Shown here: positions 29,150 through 38,956 of the stretch, in pieces
How positions within the stretch are numbered: position 1 is the stretch's first letter
Layout of the letters: each line of letters begins with the position of its first letter
Assembly (NCBI GenBank): GCA_963705505.1
Contig: CAVPJU010000006.1
Coordinates: 544,001 to 608,000 of the forward strand
From: an uncultured bacterium
Lineage (GTDB): Bacteria > Desulfobacterota_D > UBA1144 > Nemesobacterales > UBA2774
Reading direction: 5' to 3'
DNA length: 64,000 nt
Notes under the pieces: model-generated
What the model saw: only the letters and a program-made list of their open reading frames with translations
Database searches by the model: none
What the model was told of the DNA's origin: nothing
Translations under genes and position numbers: made by a program

Positions 29150-31150
29150 ATGAAGCCGATCATAATGGCAATTTTGATAATAGCCGCCTTCGGGTTTTTC
29201 TTCTACAACATTTATAACCTTGTGAAGATTCTTCGTCTGGGTAAATACGAACCCAGGTTCGATAATATCGGTGAAAGAATAAAAAGGGTGCTGATATACG
29301 TGTTCGGCCAGAAGAGGCTTGTAACAAATTATAAATTCGCCGGCGTAGAGCATTTCATGATTTTCTGGGGCTTCGTAATAATTACGATCGGAACTATCGA
29401 GATACTCATCGGCGGGGTATTCCCGGGCTTCAAACTGATCCCCGGCTCGGCGCATAAAGTCTATGAATTCGTACTGGATATAGTGCAGACACTGGTCGTC
29501 ATAGCCATTATAATGGGGATAATAAACAGGACCACTATCGCTAAGAGAAGGGAAGTAAACGGGCTCGATGCGGTCGTGATACTGGGGCTCATATTCGGGC
29601 TCATGGTTACCGCTCTCGGGGCTATGGCTACAAATGTAGCTATGGGCGCGGCGGAACCCGGATGGCTGCCTGTTTCGAGCACATTGTCAGGAGTTTTCTT
29701 TTCGGGCATGAGCGATTCCGGTCTTATGTATTCCCATGAATTTTTCTGGTGGTTCCATGTCCTCATAGTCATGGGATTCTTGAATTATCTGCCATATTCG
29801 AAGCACAGCCACGTATTTACAGCCATACCCAACGTGTTTTTCCAGAACCTTCAGCCGCGGGGGGCGCTTAAGCCCATTGACTTCGAAAATGTCCCCGAGG
29901 ACGTAGACCACTTCGGAGCGGGCAAAATACAGGATTTCACATGGAAGGACATACTTGACGCGTACACATGCACGGAGTGCGGAAGGTGTACGGATAACTG
30001 TCCCGCATGGCATACGGAGAAGCCGCTCTCGCCTCGAGAAATAGTTGTCAAGCTCAGGCACTATGCCTCGAGCGAAGGGAAAGAGCTTTTGAACGGGAAT
30101 TCCTCAAACGGCAAAGAGGCCCAAACCATACCCGGACCCGAATGGGTGACCGAGGAAGAGCTCTGGGCATGCACAAGCTGTAACGCCTGTGTCGAGCAGT
30201 GCCCGCTCTTTATAGACCAGATGGGGAAGATCATGGAAATGAGGCGATATCTTACGCTCGAGGGCAGGCTGACCGGGACGGCGGTCAAAACCCTGCAGAA
30301 GCTCCAGACCCAGGGGAATCCGTGGGGGTTCAGCGAGGGCGACCGCGCCAAATGGATCTCCGGATATGAAGGCGTAAACGTGATTGGTGAAAACGGAATC
30401 GAGGACGCAAGCGCATTTGAATATATTTACTGGATGGGGTGCTACGGGGGCTACGATCCGAGGGGACAGAAGATCGCGCAGTCGATAGTAAGCCTTCTGA
30501 CTCAGGCCGGGGTTAACTTCGCAGTCCTCGGACCCATGGAGAGCTGTACGGGCGACCCGGCGAGGAGGCTCGGGGAAGAGGCGTTATATCAGATGCTCGC
30601 CACACAGAACATCGAAACCTTAAACGGGCTCAAGGTCAAAAAAGTCATAGCCAACTGTCCTCATTGTTTCAACACTATCAAGAACGAATACCCGCAGTTC
30701 GGAGGCAACTACGAGGTCATAAACCATACACAGCTCCTGAACGATCTCGTGAAGCAGGGGAGATTAAAACCGACGAAGGAAATAAACAAGGATGTCGCCT
30801 ATCACGACCCGTGTTATCTCGGCAGGTATAACAGGGTCTTCGATGAACCGAGAGAGCTGCTTCAATCGATACCCGGACTCAGGCTTATCGAGCTTGACAG
30901 GAGGCGCGAGAAGAGCTTCTGCTGCGGGGCGGGCGGGGGAAAGATTTGGATGGAGGAAGACGCGCCGAGGGTCAACTGGAACAGGTTCGAGGAAGTGGAA
31001 TCTAAAAACCCCGACACGCTGGCTGTGGCATGTTATTTCTGCGATACGATGTTTGAGGATGCATCCAAACACGCCGGCAACGATAAGATAGAAATCAAGG
31101 ACATATCTGTGATTCTGAGGGAGTCTGTCGAGTCCGAGACCAAGGCCTGA
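29150..31150 (+). CDS. Membrane-bound Fe-S oxidoreductase (FadF / heterodisulfide-reductase-like, CCG domains)
   Basis: N-terminal TMs, CTECGRCTDNCP and CTSCNACVEQCP, ESCTGDPARR, YHDPCYLGR, FCCGAGGG. Confidence 0.88.
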   Translation: MKPIIMAILIIAAFGFFFYNIYNLVKILRLGKYEPRFDNIGERIKRVLIYVFGQKRLVTNYKFAGVEHFMIFWGFVIITIGTIEILIGGVFPGFKLIPGSAHKVYEFVLDIVQTLVVIAIIMGIINRTTIAKRREVNGLDAVVILGLIFGLMVTALGAMATNVAMGAAEPGWLPVSSTLSGVFFSGMSDSGLMYSHEFFWWFHVLIVMGFLNYLPYSKHSHVFTAIPNVFFQNLQPRGALKPIDFENVPEDVDHFGAGKIQDFTWKDILDAYTCTECGRCTDNCPAWHTEKPLSPREIVVKLRHYASSEGKELLNGNSSNGKEAQTIPGPEWVTEEELWACTSCNACVEQCPLFIDQMGKIMEMRRYLTLEGRLTGTAVKTLQKLQTQGNPWGFSEGDRAKWISGYEGVNVIGENGIEDASAFEYIYWMGCYGGYDPRGQKIAQSIVSLLTQAGVNFAVLGPMESCTGDPARRLGEEALYQMLATQNIETLNGLKVKKVIANCPHCFNTIKNEYPQFGGNYEVINHTQLLNDLVKQGRLKPTKEINKDVAYHDPCYLGRYNRVFDEPRELLQSIPGLRLIELDRRREKSFCCGAGGGKIWMEEDAPRVNWNRFEEVESKNPDTLAVACYFCDTMFEDASKHAGNDKIEIKDISVILRESVESETKA

Positions 31151-31316
31151 TCCGGAAAGATTTAATGCGTGCTCAGGACTTTTTCACAATAATCCCGGGG
31201 CGGCGACTTCTGCTTATAGATATAACGTAGTAGTAATTTATTGATTTTGCTAAATCCTATATTAACATCTGCCTTCCGGTTTGTAAGTTTATTTAATATA
31301 GTTAAGATTTATAACC

Positions 31317-32570
31317 ATGAACTATCTGGATCCGTGTTCATGTCTCTTTATAGACTCAGGCGGCGGCTGGTCGGGGTCCGGCGGCGGGAAGGGCACCTTC
31401 ATTCATTTCGGAGAACCCAGAGGGTCATTTTATTCCGAGGGGGGCTTAGTGACCGTAAGAACGGAAAACGGCTCGTCACAAACAAGCCGCGACCCTTTAT
31501 TGATCCTTGAGGGTTACCTGAGCGAGGGGTACACAGCCGCGGGATACATCGGGTATGAATACTCCGCTTACACTGACACGGGCTTCATCCCTGCACGAAT
31601 TAAAGAAGGCGACAGATTCCCGGATATGAATTTTCTTCTTTTCCGGGACGAGGATATCTCAACCGGGGATTCCGCGAAACTAAAATTTGAGCCCGGCGGA
31701 CAGAGGCATGTCCCCGACAATTTAAAACATCGCCAAGAAGCCGTCCATGAATTAAAATCGAATCTGAGCAGGGACGAATACGTAAGGATGGTCGGGCTTG
31801 CAAAAAGATACATAAAATACGGGGACATATATCAGGTTAATCTTTCACAGAGGTATACAGTCGAATACCGGCTGCCCGCCATTGAATGCTTTTTGCGGAT
31901 GTTTCACGTGCAACAAGTGCCTTTCGGCTGCTATCTGGATTTCGGTGATTTTCAGTTGGCGAGCGGGTCGATGGAGCTTTTTTTGCGCAAAAATGGAGAT
32001 ATATTGACCACGACGCCAATAAAGGGGACCATCGACAGGGGGAATACCCGGGAATCGGACACGATTAAGAAAGCGAAGCTTGTGAGCAGCGAAAAGGAGA
32101 GGGCAGAGAACCTTATGATCGTGGACCTCATGAGGAATGATCTCTCAAGGGTATGCAGGCGCGGCTCAGTAAAGGTCAGCAGGCTTTTCGATGTGGAAAC
32201 ATATACGACCCTTCATCAATTGGTTTCAGAGGTGGAAGGCCGCCTTAACGACGGTGAAGCAATAAGAAGTATAATAAAAAATCTCTTTCCGCCCGGCTCT
32301 GTCACCGGAGCGCCCAAGAGGAGGGCTCTTGAGGTGATAGATGAGCTCGAGCCGCATTATAGAGGACCCTATTGCGGAGCAATAGGATTATTTTTCCCGA
32401 ACGGGGACTTTACGTTGAGCGTCGGGATAAGATTGATGGTCAAATATGCCGGGAGAGCTACGTTCTGGGCGGGCGGCGGGATCGTATGGGATTCGGACCC
32501 GGAGAGAGAGTATGAGGAAACAGTTTTAAAATCCCTTGCGATCAAAAAGGCCATGGGGCTGGCTGAATAA
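31317..32570 (+). CDS. pabB: Aminodeoxychorismate synthase component I (chorismate-binding)
   Basis: GDIYQVNLSQR, PIKGT, KERAENLMIVDLMRNDL, PPGSVTGAPK; next to a class IV aminotransferase. Confidence 0.85.
   Translation: MNYLDPCSCLFIDSGGGWSGSGGGKGTFIHFGEPRGSFYSEGGLVTVRTENGSSQTSRDPLLILEGYLSEGYTAAGYIGYEYSAYTDTGFIPARIKEGDRFPDMNFLLFRDEDISTGDSAKLKFEPGGQRHVPDNLKHRQEAVHELKSNLSRDEYVRMVGLAKRYIKYGDIYQVNLSQRYTVEYRLPAIECFLRMFHVQQVPFGCYLDFGDFQLASGSMELFLRKNGDILTTTPIKGTIDRGNTRESDTIKKAKLVSSEKERAENLMIVDLMRNDLSRVCRRGSVKVSRLFDVETYTTLHQLVSEVEGRLNDGEAIRSIIKNLFPPGSVTGAPKRRALEVIDELEPHYRGPYCGAIGLFFPNGDFTLSVGIRLMVKYAGRATFWAGGGIVWDSDPEREYEETVLKSLAIKKAMGLAE
31900..31915. promoter_or_regulatory. parS-like site inside pabB
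   Basis: TGTTTCACGTGCAACA, one mismatch to TGTTTCACGTGAAACA. Confidence 0.6.
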
Positions 32571-32592
32571 AGATAGTATCAAGGAAAATGAG

Positions 32593-33408
32593 TTGGAACA
32601 GGTACTTATAAATGGCGAAAGGGCAGAGCCCGGGGTCCCGCTGAGGGCTCTTTTTTATGGAGAGGGGCTTTTTGAGACATTTCGTTATAAATCACGTTTG
32701 CCAGTCTTTTTCGAGAAGCACTATGAGCGTATGGAGCGTGGGGCCGCTCTGCTCGGAATACCTTTGATGGGTATAGCTGCACTGACCGGTTTAATAGATA
32801 AAGCCCTATCGGATTCACGATTGCCGGATGCTTATGTGAAGGTATGCCTGCTTTCTGGCGGGGGTTTTAATTATTATGATTATCCTGCGAGCGGCGACAT
32901 CATAATTATAGTCAGGGATTACCGGCCGAGGGGGGAGCCGGTAAGAGCCGATATATGCTCATTTAAAAGACACTCGGGATCTCCCATTCGCCGCATTAAG
33001 TCTCTCAACTATCTTGAGAATGTCGTCGCGCGGAGAGAAGCGAACCGGACGGGCTATAATGAATCAGCAATTCTCAATGAAAAGGGGGAGATAACGGAGT
33101 GCACATCGAGCAACATTTTCTGGGTAGGGAAAGATACCTTATGCACTCCTTCGCTTGATTGCGGGCTTCTGGCCGGAGTCACACGCGAAATTCTCATAAA
33201 TTCCGCCCCGGAGCTGGGATTGACGGTGGAAGAGGGCGGGTATTATCCGGAAGACCTGGCCGGTTCCCGGTTCGCCTTCTTGACGAACTCCCTCTCAGGT
33301 TCTCTTCTTATTTCGGAACTGGGAGGATTAAGCTTACCGCTTGGAGATGAACTATATGAAAGCATTAAGAAGCTGCTTTATGCGAAGCTCGGATGGGATC
33401 AAAATTAG
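32593..33408 (+). CDS. pabC: Aminotransferase class IV (4-amino-4-deoxychorismate lyase)
   Basis: YGEGLFET, IKSLNYL, ECTSSNIF, LAGVTR, TNSL; TTG start after AAGGA is inferred. Confidence 0.8.
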   Translation: MEQVLINGERAEPGVPLRALFYGEGLFETFRYKSRLPVFFEKHYERMERGAALLGIPLMGIAALTGLIDKALSDSRLPDAYVKVCLLSGGGFNYYDYPASGDIIIIVRDYRPRGEPVRADICSFKRHSGSPIRRIKSLNYLENVVARREANRTGYNESAILNEKGEITECTSSNIFWVGKDTLCTPSLDCGLLAGVTREILINSAPELGLTVEEGGYYPEDLAGSRFAFLTNSLSGSLLISELGGLSLPLGDELYESIKKLLYAKLGWDQN

Positions 33409-33506
33409 CTCTTTATATCCTCAAGCCTTTCTGTATTAATATATTTTCACGTCCTAATTGCTCAACCGCCCGAAAATAATGAAAAATTAAAAAAAGGTGG
33501 AAGGAT

Positions 33507-33624
33507 TGTGGATAAAAACCAGGCGCAAAACAGCAAAATTGCCATAACCAACTGTTAATATTAAATAATATGCCTTAATGCGGTCTTCATAAATGTGAAA
33601 ATATCTATCCACAATTGTGGATGT
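33507..33624. promoter_or_regulatory. DnaA-box cluster in an AT-rich intergenic region
   Basis: TGTGGATAA (33507-33515, perfect), CTATCCACA (33605-33613, 1 mismatch), TGTGGATGT (33616-33624, 2 mismatches). Confidence 0.6.
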
Positions 33625-33637
33625 TTCACGTGAAACA
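33622..33637. promoter_or_regulatory. parS centromere-like site
   Basis: Perfect palindrome TGTTTCACGTGAAACA. Confidence 0.9.
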
Positions 33638-33649
33638 TTCCCTAACACC

Positions 33650-35056
33650 CTATTTGCCAATGCAAAATTTACTGAAGATCCTTCCCAGTATATCTTCCGT
33701 AGTTACCTCTCCCGTTATTTCTCCGAGCGAATCGAGAGCCGTTCTGAGGTCTATGGCGAGGAATTCCGGGGACTCACCCTTATTCAATATCTCAAGGAAT
33801 GAATTGAGGTTATCTACAGCCATTTCCAGGGCGAGTTTGTGCCTGAGCTCCGTGAGCATGAGCTCGGTTCCATCGGCATGGACTTTCCCGCCTGTCAGCA
33901 GCCCGCCTACCGCGTCCTTAAGCTCCTCGATACCCGTGCCCAGTTTGGCGGATGTATGTACTATTTTGTTTCCGGGAATCAAATCGGAGAGTGCATCTGG
34001 GTTCAAAATAAATCCTCTATCTGATTTGTTGATAACAACGATGGCTTTCTTGTCGATCGCGTGTCTTAGGGCCTCGATATCGTCGCTATCGAGCTCCACA
34101 CTCCCATCGAGCACCACCAGCAGCAGCTCCGCCTCCTCGGCCTTTTTCTCCGCAAGCCGGACTCCCTCATGTTCTATCTCTTCGGATGTAATTCTGATGC
34201 CTGCGGTATCTATCAGGATGAGCGGGATCCCCCTGACATCTATGCTCTCCTCTATGAAATCCCTCGTAGTTCCGGGGAGGGGGCTAACGATCGCTCTATC
34301 CTTCATTAAGAGCCTGTTCAAAAGGCTTGATTTTCCGACGTTCGGCTTGCCGAGTATAGCGGTTTTTACGCCGTATTTTATTATCCGGCCTTCCTCGTAT
34401 GTGCATAAAAGCGTATTTAAGCCCGATAGCAGACTCTGTACACGCTTAATCAGGCTCTCTTTGACTATGGGATCTATATCTTCCTCGGGAAAGTCAACCT
34501 GAGCTTCCACCTCGGCCAGCATATCCAGAAGAACATCCTTGAATTCCCCGATCTTTTCCGAGAGGACCCCTTCGAGCTGGAGCTCGGCCTGTTTCAAACC
34601 CTCTTCGGTCCGGGCGTTTATGATATCCGAAACGGCTTCGGCCTGGGCAAGGTCCATTTTCCCGTTTAAAAACCCTCTGAGGGAGAATTCTCCCGGGTTT
34701 GCGGGCCTGATTCCCAGGCTGAATAGTATCTCAAGTATTTTTTTCGGGACCAGATATCCGCCGTGGGAATGTATTTCGACGACGTCCTCTCCCGTATATG
34801 AGTTTGGGGACTTCATGAATACGCAAAGCACCTCGTCCGCAACGTCGCCCGTTCTATAATCGATGATACGGCCGTGATACAGGCGGTGAGATTCCATAAG
34901 CGTTATATCGGCATCGCCGCGTCCGGTTTTAAAGATGAGATTAGTGAAATGAAGAGATTTCGGGCCGCTGATCCTTATGACGGCGATGCCTCCATTCCCG
35001 GGAGGTGTCGCTATAGCGGCGATAGTGTCTTCGTTCGATATTAAGCGCCAGCTCAT
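33650..35056 (-). CDS. mnmE: tRNA modification GTPase MnmE
   Basis: DTIAAIATP, SYTGEDVVEIHSHGG, GKPNVGKSS, GTTRD, DTAG, FSKFCIGK. Confidence 0.98.
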   Translation of the reverse strand: MSWRLISNEDTIAAIATPPGNGGIAVIRISGPKSLHFTNLIFKTGRGDADITLMESHRLYHGRIIDYRTGDVADEVLCVFMKSPNSYTGEDVVEIHSHGGYLVPKKILEILFSLGIRPANPGEFSLRGFLNGKMDLAQAEAVSDIINARTEEGLKQAELQLEGVLSEKIGEFKDVLLDMLAEVEAQVDFPEEDIDPIVKESLIKRVQSLLSGLNTLLCTYEEGRIIKYGVKTAILGKPNVGKSSLLNRLLMKDRAIVSPLPGTTRDFIEESIDVRGIPLILIDTAGIRITSEEIEHEGVRLAEKKAEEAELLLVVLDGSVELDSDDIEALRHAIDKKAIVVINKSDRGFILNPDALSDLIPGNKIVHTSAKLGTGIEELKDAVGGLLTGGKVHADGTELMLTELRHKLALEMAVDNLNSFLEILNKGESPEFLAIDLRTALDSLGEITGEVTTEDILGRIFSKFCIGK

Positions 35057-35262
35057 TCGAAGGATAAGTTACCACATTAGCCTTGGGGCTGCTAATATTA
35101 TTAAAATATGTAGTAATACTGGACAATTAAGGTTTAAGCGGGGTATGGACTGACAATTCGTATCGGAGACGATAGGGCTTCTGCCATCGTCTCCGCACGG
35201 GTTTGATTCATCGTTTTATTCGCCGAGGGGCGTAGGTTAAAAGCTTGACCGCATAATTCGAA

Positions 35263-35970
35263 TTATCCGGCAGCCCTGGCTTTATCCTTTGCATTCAGGC
35301 TTGAAAGCGTATCCATTGCAATGCTCGTATGGGCAAAGCATGCGCCCGCGGACATGACCATGGCTACATTGATAGCCTCTGCCATTTGCTCCTTCGTAAT
35401 TCCGCCGCTCCTCGCGTCCTTCACGCAGCCCCTGATGCAGTACGGGCATTTCGTCATGTGGGCGCAGGCGAGTCCGACTAGACCTCTTTTAAAATCCTTG
35501 CTTAGCGCCCCTTCGGCGAATACCTTTTTAGTGAAATTCTTGAAAGCCTCTGAATTAGCCCCGCTGCATTTGCTGAACTCGCTTATTTCCTTGGTTACGT
35601 CCTTTTTAAAGAAATGTCCTTCCGTAAGGGGGATATTGTGCTCAAGCGCGTCATGGGCTTCATAAGCTATGGTTGAGTAAGCATAGGGCCCTCCCATCGC
35701 AAAGCGCATCGCGACATAGATCGCTTCGATGATCTCCTGATCCGTGGCTCCGAGGTTTTTGGATAACCTGACCCTTGCCCTTATGCAGTATGGACATCGC
35801 GTTATGTGCGCTCCTGCAACTGCGATGAGCTGTTTCTCCTTCTGGGAGAGGGCTCCGTCTTCAAATGCTCCGTTATGAAATTCCATCCAGGCCCCGTGGA
35901 GCTCGGGGTTTAATTCTTTAAAAAGTGCCATATCACTTGAAATGTCACTTTTAAATAAAAATTCCGGCAT
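35263..35970 (-). CDS. Carboxymuconolactone decarboxylase / AhpD-like protein with two tandem CMD domains
   Basis: GALS.KEKQLIAVA...RCPYCI and GALSKDFKR...KCPYCI repeats. Confidence 0.85.
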   Translation of the reverse strand: MPEFLFKSDISSDMALFKELNPELHGAWMEFHNGAFEDGALSQKEKQLIAVAGAHITRCPYCIRARVRLSKNLGATDQEIIEAIYVAMRFAMGGPYAYSTIAYEAHDALEHNIPLTEGHFFKKDVTKEISEFSKCSGANSEAFKNFTKKVFAEGALSKDFKRGLVGLACAHMTKCPYCIRGCVKDARSGGITKEQMAEAINVAMVMSAGACFAHTSIAMDTLSSLNAKDKARAAG

Positions 35971-35992
35971 AATACACCTCCTTAAATTTTTA

Positions 35993-36574
35993 TTATGCAG
36001 CTTTTAAAAGCTTCATGATGGTCTCGACCCCCGTAGAAAGCGGCTCGATCGACCTGTGGGTTTTAACCATCATTATCGCCCCTTCGAGATGAGAGAGTAT
36101 CAACTGAGCGATTACTCCGGGCGGGAGGTCGCTGCGGAAATCCCCTTTTCTCATACCCTCTTCAATGCACTCTTCTATAGTCTTTTCCCAGGAATTAAAA
36201 AAAACGGAAAGTTTTTCCCTGAAATTTTCATTTGCTCCGCTCATCTCAATTGCAAGATTGCCAAAAGGGCATCCCTTTGGTTTTTCTGAATCGCGGTGGA
36301 ATGTTTTAACGGCTTTATAAAACTCCTTTAGTCTTTCGGAGGGCCCAAGCGATGTATTTCCAAGCGTCTTCAGCAGCACTTCGGCCTCGTAATGCCTTAT
36401 AAATCTATCGAGTATGATAAGCCCCAACTCCTCCTTACTTTTGAAGTGGTAGTAGAAGTTGCTTTTTGTGACCCCGCTCTGCTTGAGAATTTCATCTACC
36501 GATGTCTGCTGGAAGCCGTTTTCGTGGAATAACTCCTTTGCGCTGGCTAGAATTTTTTCTTTGCTTTTATTCAA
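35993..36574 (-). CDS. TetR/AcrR family regulator (NemR-like)
   Basis: N-terminal HTH (GFQQTSVDEIL...KSNFYYHFKSKEEL) and GCPFGNLA motif. Confidence 0.92.
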   Translation of the reverse strand: MNKSKEKILASAKELFHENGFQQTSVDEILKQSGVTKSNFYYHFKSKEELGLIILDRFIRHYEAEVLLKTLGNTSLGPSERLKEFYKAVKTFHRDSEKPKGCPFGNLAIEMSGANENFREKLSVFFNSWEKTIEECIEEGMRKGDFRSDLPPGVIAQLILSHLEGAIMMVKTHRSIEPLSTGVETIMKLLKAA

Positions 36575-36593
36575 TTTCGATACCCCTCGTAAG

Positions 36594-36645
36594 TTAGTAC
36601 TGACCGGTTAGTCCTAATAATATTATATCTCAGCGCTATTGTCAA
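36594..36645 (-). promoter_or_regulatory. TetR promoter with overlapping palindromic operator
   Basis: Minus strand TTGACA-N17-TATTAT; TTAGTACTGACCGGTTAGTCCTAA (36594-36617) is self-complementary at 20 of 24 positions. Confidence 0.75.
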
Positions 36646-36794
36646 GAGGTTTTTTGGCCCGGGATTATAAATGGATGAGTATATGCCGGATTTCGGATTA
36701 TCGCTGGATCCGGTAGGTCGTTTCGGGGAGGGGGCGAAAAAAGGTGTCTGACCGCAAAAGAATGATTATGTCCGGGAGCCGGCTTTTCTGCTTT

Positions 36795-37928
36795 TTATAC
36801 TATGCCGAAGCTTAATTTTAACGGGGATTCAGGATACAGGCCTTCATCGGTTTCATCGACGTTCTTTTTCTGAAGGAGTATTTTAAAACTATTGCCCATG
36901 GACCCCGGAAGGAAGAGGTTCTTTATAGTCATATTCTTATTATCCTCCAAATTACCGGGTTCCCTCATCATTATATCCAGTATCCCCCAGTCTATAAGGA
37001 ACTGGCCCTGGGTTGTGTACTTGAGCTTCTTGAGCCCGAAGGTCTCGCCCGCCCTTATCAGATTGCTGAAATCCACATGAGCGGTAATGTCCTGCTCGCC
37101 GATGTTTACGTAGGGATTTTCATTTGTCGTATGCTTATGCAAACACTTAAAGGTCCCTTTCATCCTTTCCGGGCTATATAGCTCGGGTGCGAGGTATCCG
37201 TAGTCTATGGTCAGGATAAAACCCTTTCCTATAATCTTTTGAGCCTGCCCGAGCCATCTGCCAGCATTCAGATTTATTTCGACCTCCTGCCCTTCACGAA
37301 AATGAAGCCCGTACCCATCGAAGTATTCGTCCAATTCCTTAGCGCTCGGCTCATCGAGGACTTCGGCGAATTCACCGTCTTTCAGCGAAACGAATATCTC
37401 CCTGAGAGCTCCGCCTGCGAACTTCGCTCTGTGAAAGGGGAATGCGTCGACGAGCTCGTTCGATAGGATAACACCGTCCGCTCCTTCGGGATCGATTTCG
37501 GAGATCGAGGATAAGAATTTAATTCTGGCGATATGATTTTCGAGGGCCTCTTCGGCTTGTTCGAGATTCCGAGCGCTCTTTTCGATCACATAGTAAGTAA
37601 TTTCATCATACAGTTCAGGACTCCCTCGTTTAATTGCATCGAGTATATCCGAGGCCAGTAACCCCCTCGCTGCGCCGAACTCAACTACCTTAAGACCGTT
37701 TCCGTCTATGAAAGTGCCTGCTTTGGCTATGAATCCGGCCAGGACCTCCCCGAATTCGGAAGTTACGCAGGGGCTTGTGTAATAGTCCCCTCCTTTTCCG
37801 ATCCGGGTTTTCCCGGACGTATAGTAGCCGAGCTCCGGATGGTAAAGCGCATGCTCCATGAATTCCGAGAAAGTGATCCGGCCTTTCGCCCTTATCTCCG
37901 ATTTGATAAATTCTGTGAGCGTATTCAT
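36795..37928 (-). CDS. SAM-dependent methyltransferase, MidA/NDUFAF7 family
   Basis: FMEHALYHPELGYY, GDYYTSP, SNELVDAFP, IDYG, QDITAHVDF. Confidence 0.9.
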   Translation of the reverse strand: MNTLTEFIKSEIRAKGRITFSEFMEHALYHPELGYYTSGKTRIGKGGDYYTSPCVTSEFGEVLAGFIAKAGTFIDGNGLKVVEFGAARGLLASDILDAIKRGSPELYDEITYYVIEKSARNLEQAEEALENHIARIKFLSSISEIDPEGADGVILSNELVDAFPFHRAKFAGGALREIFVSLKDGEFAEVLDEPSAKELDEYFDGYGLHFREGQEVEINLNAGRWLGQAQKIIGKGFILTIDYGYLAPELYSPERMKGTFKCLHKHTTNENPYVNIGEQDITAHVDFSNLIRAGETFGLKKLKYTTQGQFLIDWGILDIMMREPGNLEDNKNMTIKNLFLPGSMGNSFKILLQKKNVDETDEGLYPESPLKLSFGIV

Positions 37929-38026
37929 CTGACTGTTTTTATATTTCCGCCGGGTGAAGTAAATTATATCCGGCAATTATTTTATCACAGCGGCCTGAAT
38001 CAAAGCGGAATCGGGCATCGGAAACT

Positions 38027-38821
38027 ATGACCTGGCTCATTAAACCCATCAAGATCCTCGCGTTCCTTGTACTCGTCATAACATTTCTCCCGTTATCCTT
38101 TTGCGTGGATCTTCTTGTTAGAGACAAAGGGGCGAAACTCAGGTATTTCTCGCGCATCTCTTCCTTTTATCTCCGGGCGGCTCTCATGGTGCTCGGCGTG
38201 AAAGTCACACTTAAGAATATTCATAGGCTGAAGGAAAGAAACGAGAACCACCTCATTATATCGAACCATCTTTCGTATATCGACATCTTCGTAATCTCCT
38301 CCTCCGCTCCCTCGGTTTTCGTAGCGAATTCGGAGCTCGAGGAAGCATTCCTGCTCGGATCGATTATCAGGTACTCGGGAGGGGTATTCGTCGAAAGGAG
38401 GAACAGGGCACGCCTGTTAAGCGATATGCGGAATATTAAGGATATACTAAATATGGGTCTGAACGTAGTCCTCTTCCCGGAGGGGACGACTTCTGACGGC
38501 GAGGGGGTAATGCCATTCAAAACGCCCTTACTCGGTGTGGTATCGGAAGGTGATGTCGATGTTCTCCCGCTTTGTATAAGGTACAGAAAAATAAACGGTC
38601 TCGATGTGGACGCCGTGAACGGGCGGCTGGTTTATTATCACGGCAACATAACCTTTTTCGAGCACTTTTTCAGACTCTTGAATCTCAGATCGATAAGCGT
38701 GGAGCTCACCGAGCTCGAAGCAATCGGGTCGGGCTCCTATCGTTCCAGAAAGGAGCTGGCGAAAATCGCATACGAACGAATTAGCGGGGCGTATAAAGAA
38801 AGCGCCGGTGCCGAAGATTAA
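38027..38821 (+). CDS. Lysophospholipid acyltransferase (PlsC family)
   Basis: NHLSYID, FVER, FPEGT motifs. Confidence 0.9.
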   Translation: MTWLIKPIKILAFLVLVITFLPLSFCVDLLVRDKGAKLRYFSRISSFYLRAALMVLGVKVTLKNIHRLKERNENHLIISNHLSYIDIFVISSSAPSVFVANSELEEAFLLGSIIRYSGGVFVERRNRARLLSDMRNIKDILNMGLNVVLFPEGTTSDGEGVMPFKTPLLGVVSEGDVDVLPLCIRYRKINGLDVDAVNGRLVYYHGNITFFEHFFRLLNLRSISVELTELEAIGSGSYRSRKELAKIAYERISGAYKESAGAED

Positions 38822-38956
38822 ATGGTGCCGGGAGGTTACATACATACTCCGATCGGCCTGTTTCTTCGGGCACCTGAGGCGTCCCGGCTTGCTCTAACAC
38901 GATAGGTTAGTTATGATAGAAAATCCTAAAGGGCAGAGACAAAGGAGAATTTCTAT

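Noticed and set aside
33615..34502. 295-aa ORF antisense to mnmE
   Set aside because: Shadow ORF; its MFHVKH start is simply the translated parS palindrome
35165..35196. Hairpin CGGAGACGAT...ATCGTCTCCG downstream of the CMD gene
   Set aside because: Single copy with no U-tract; at most a weak terminator
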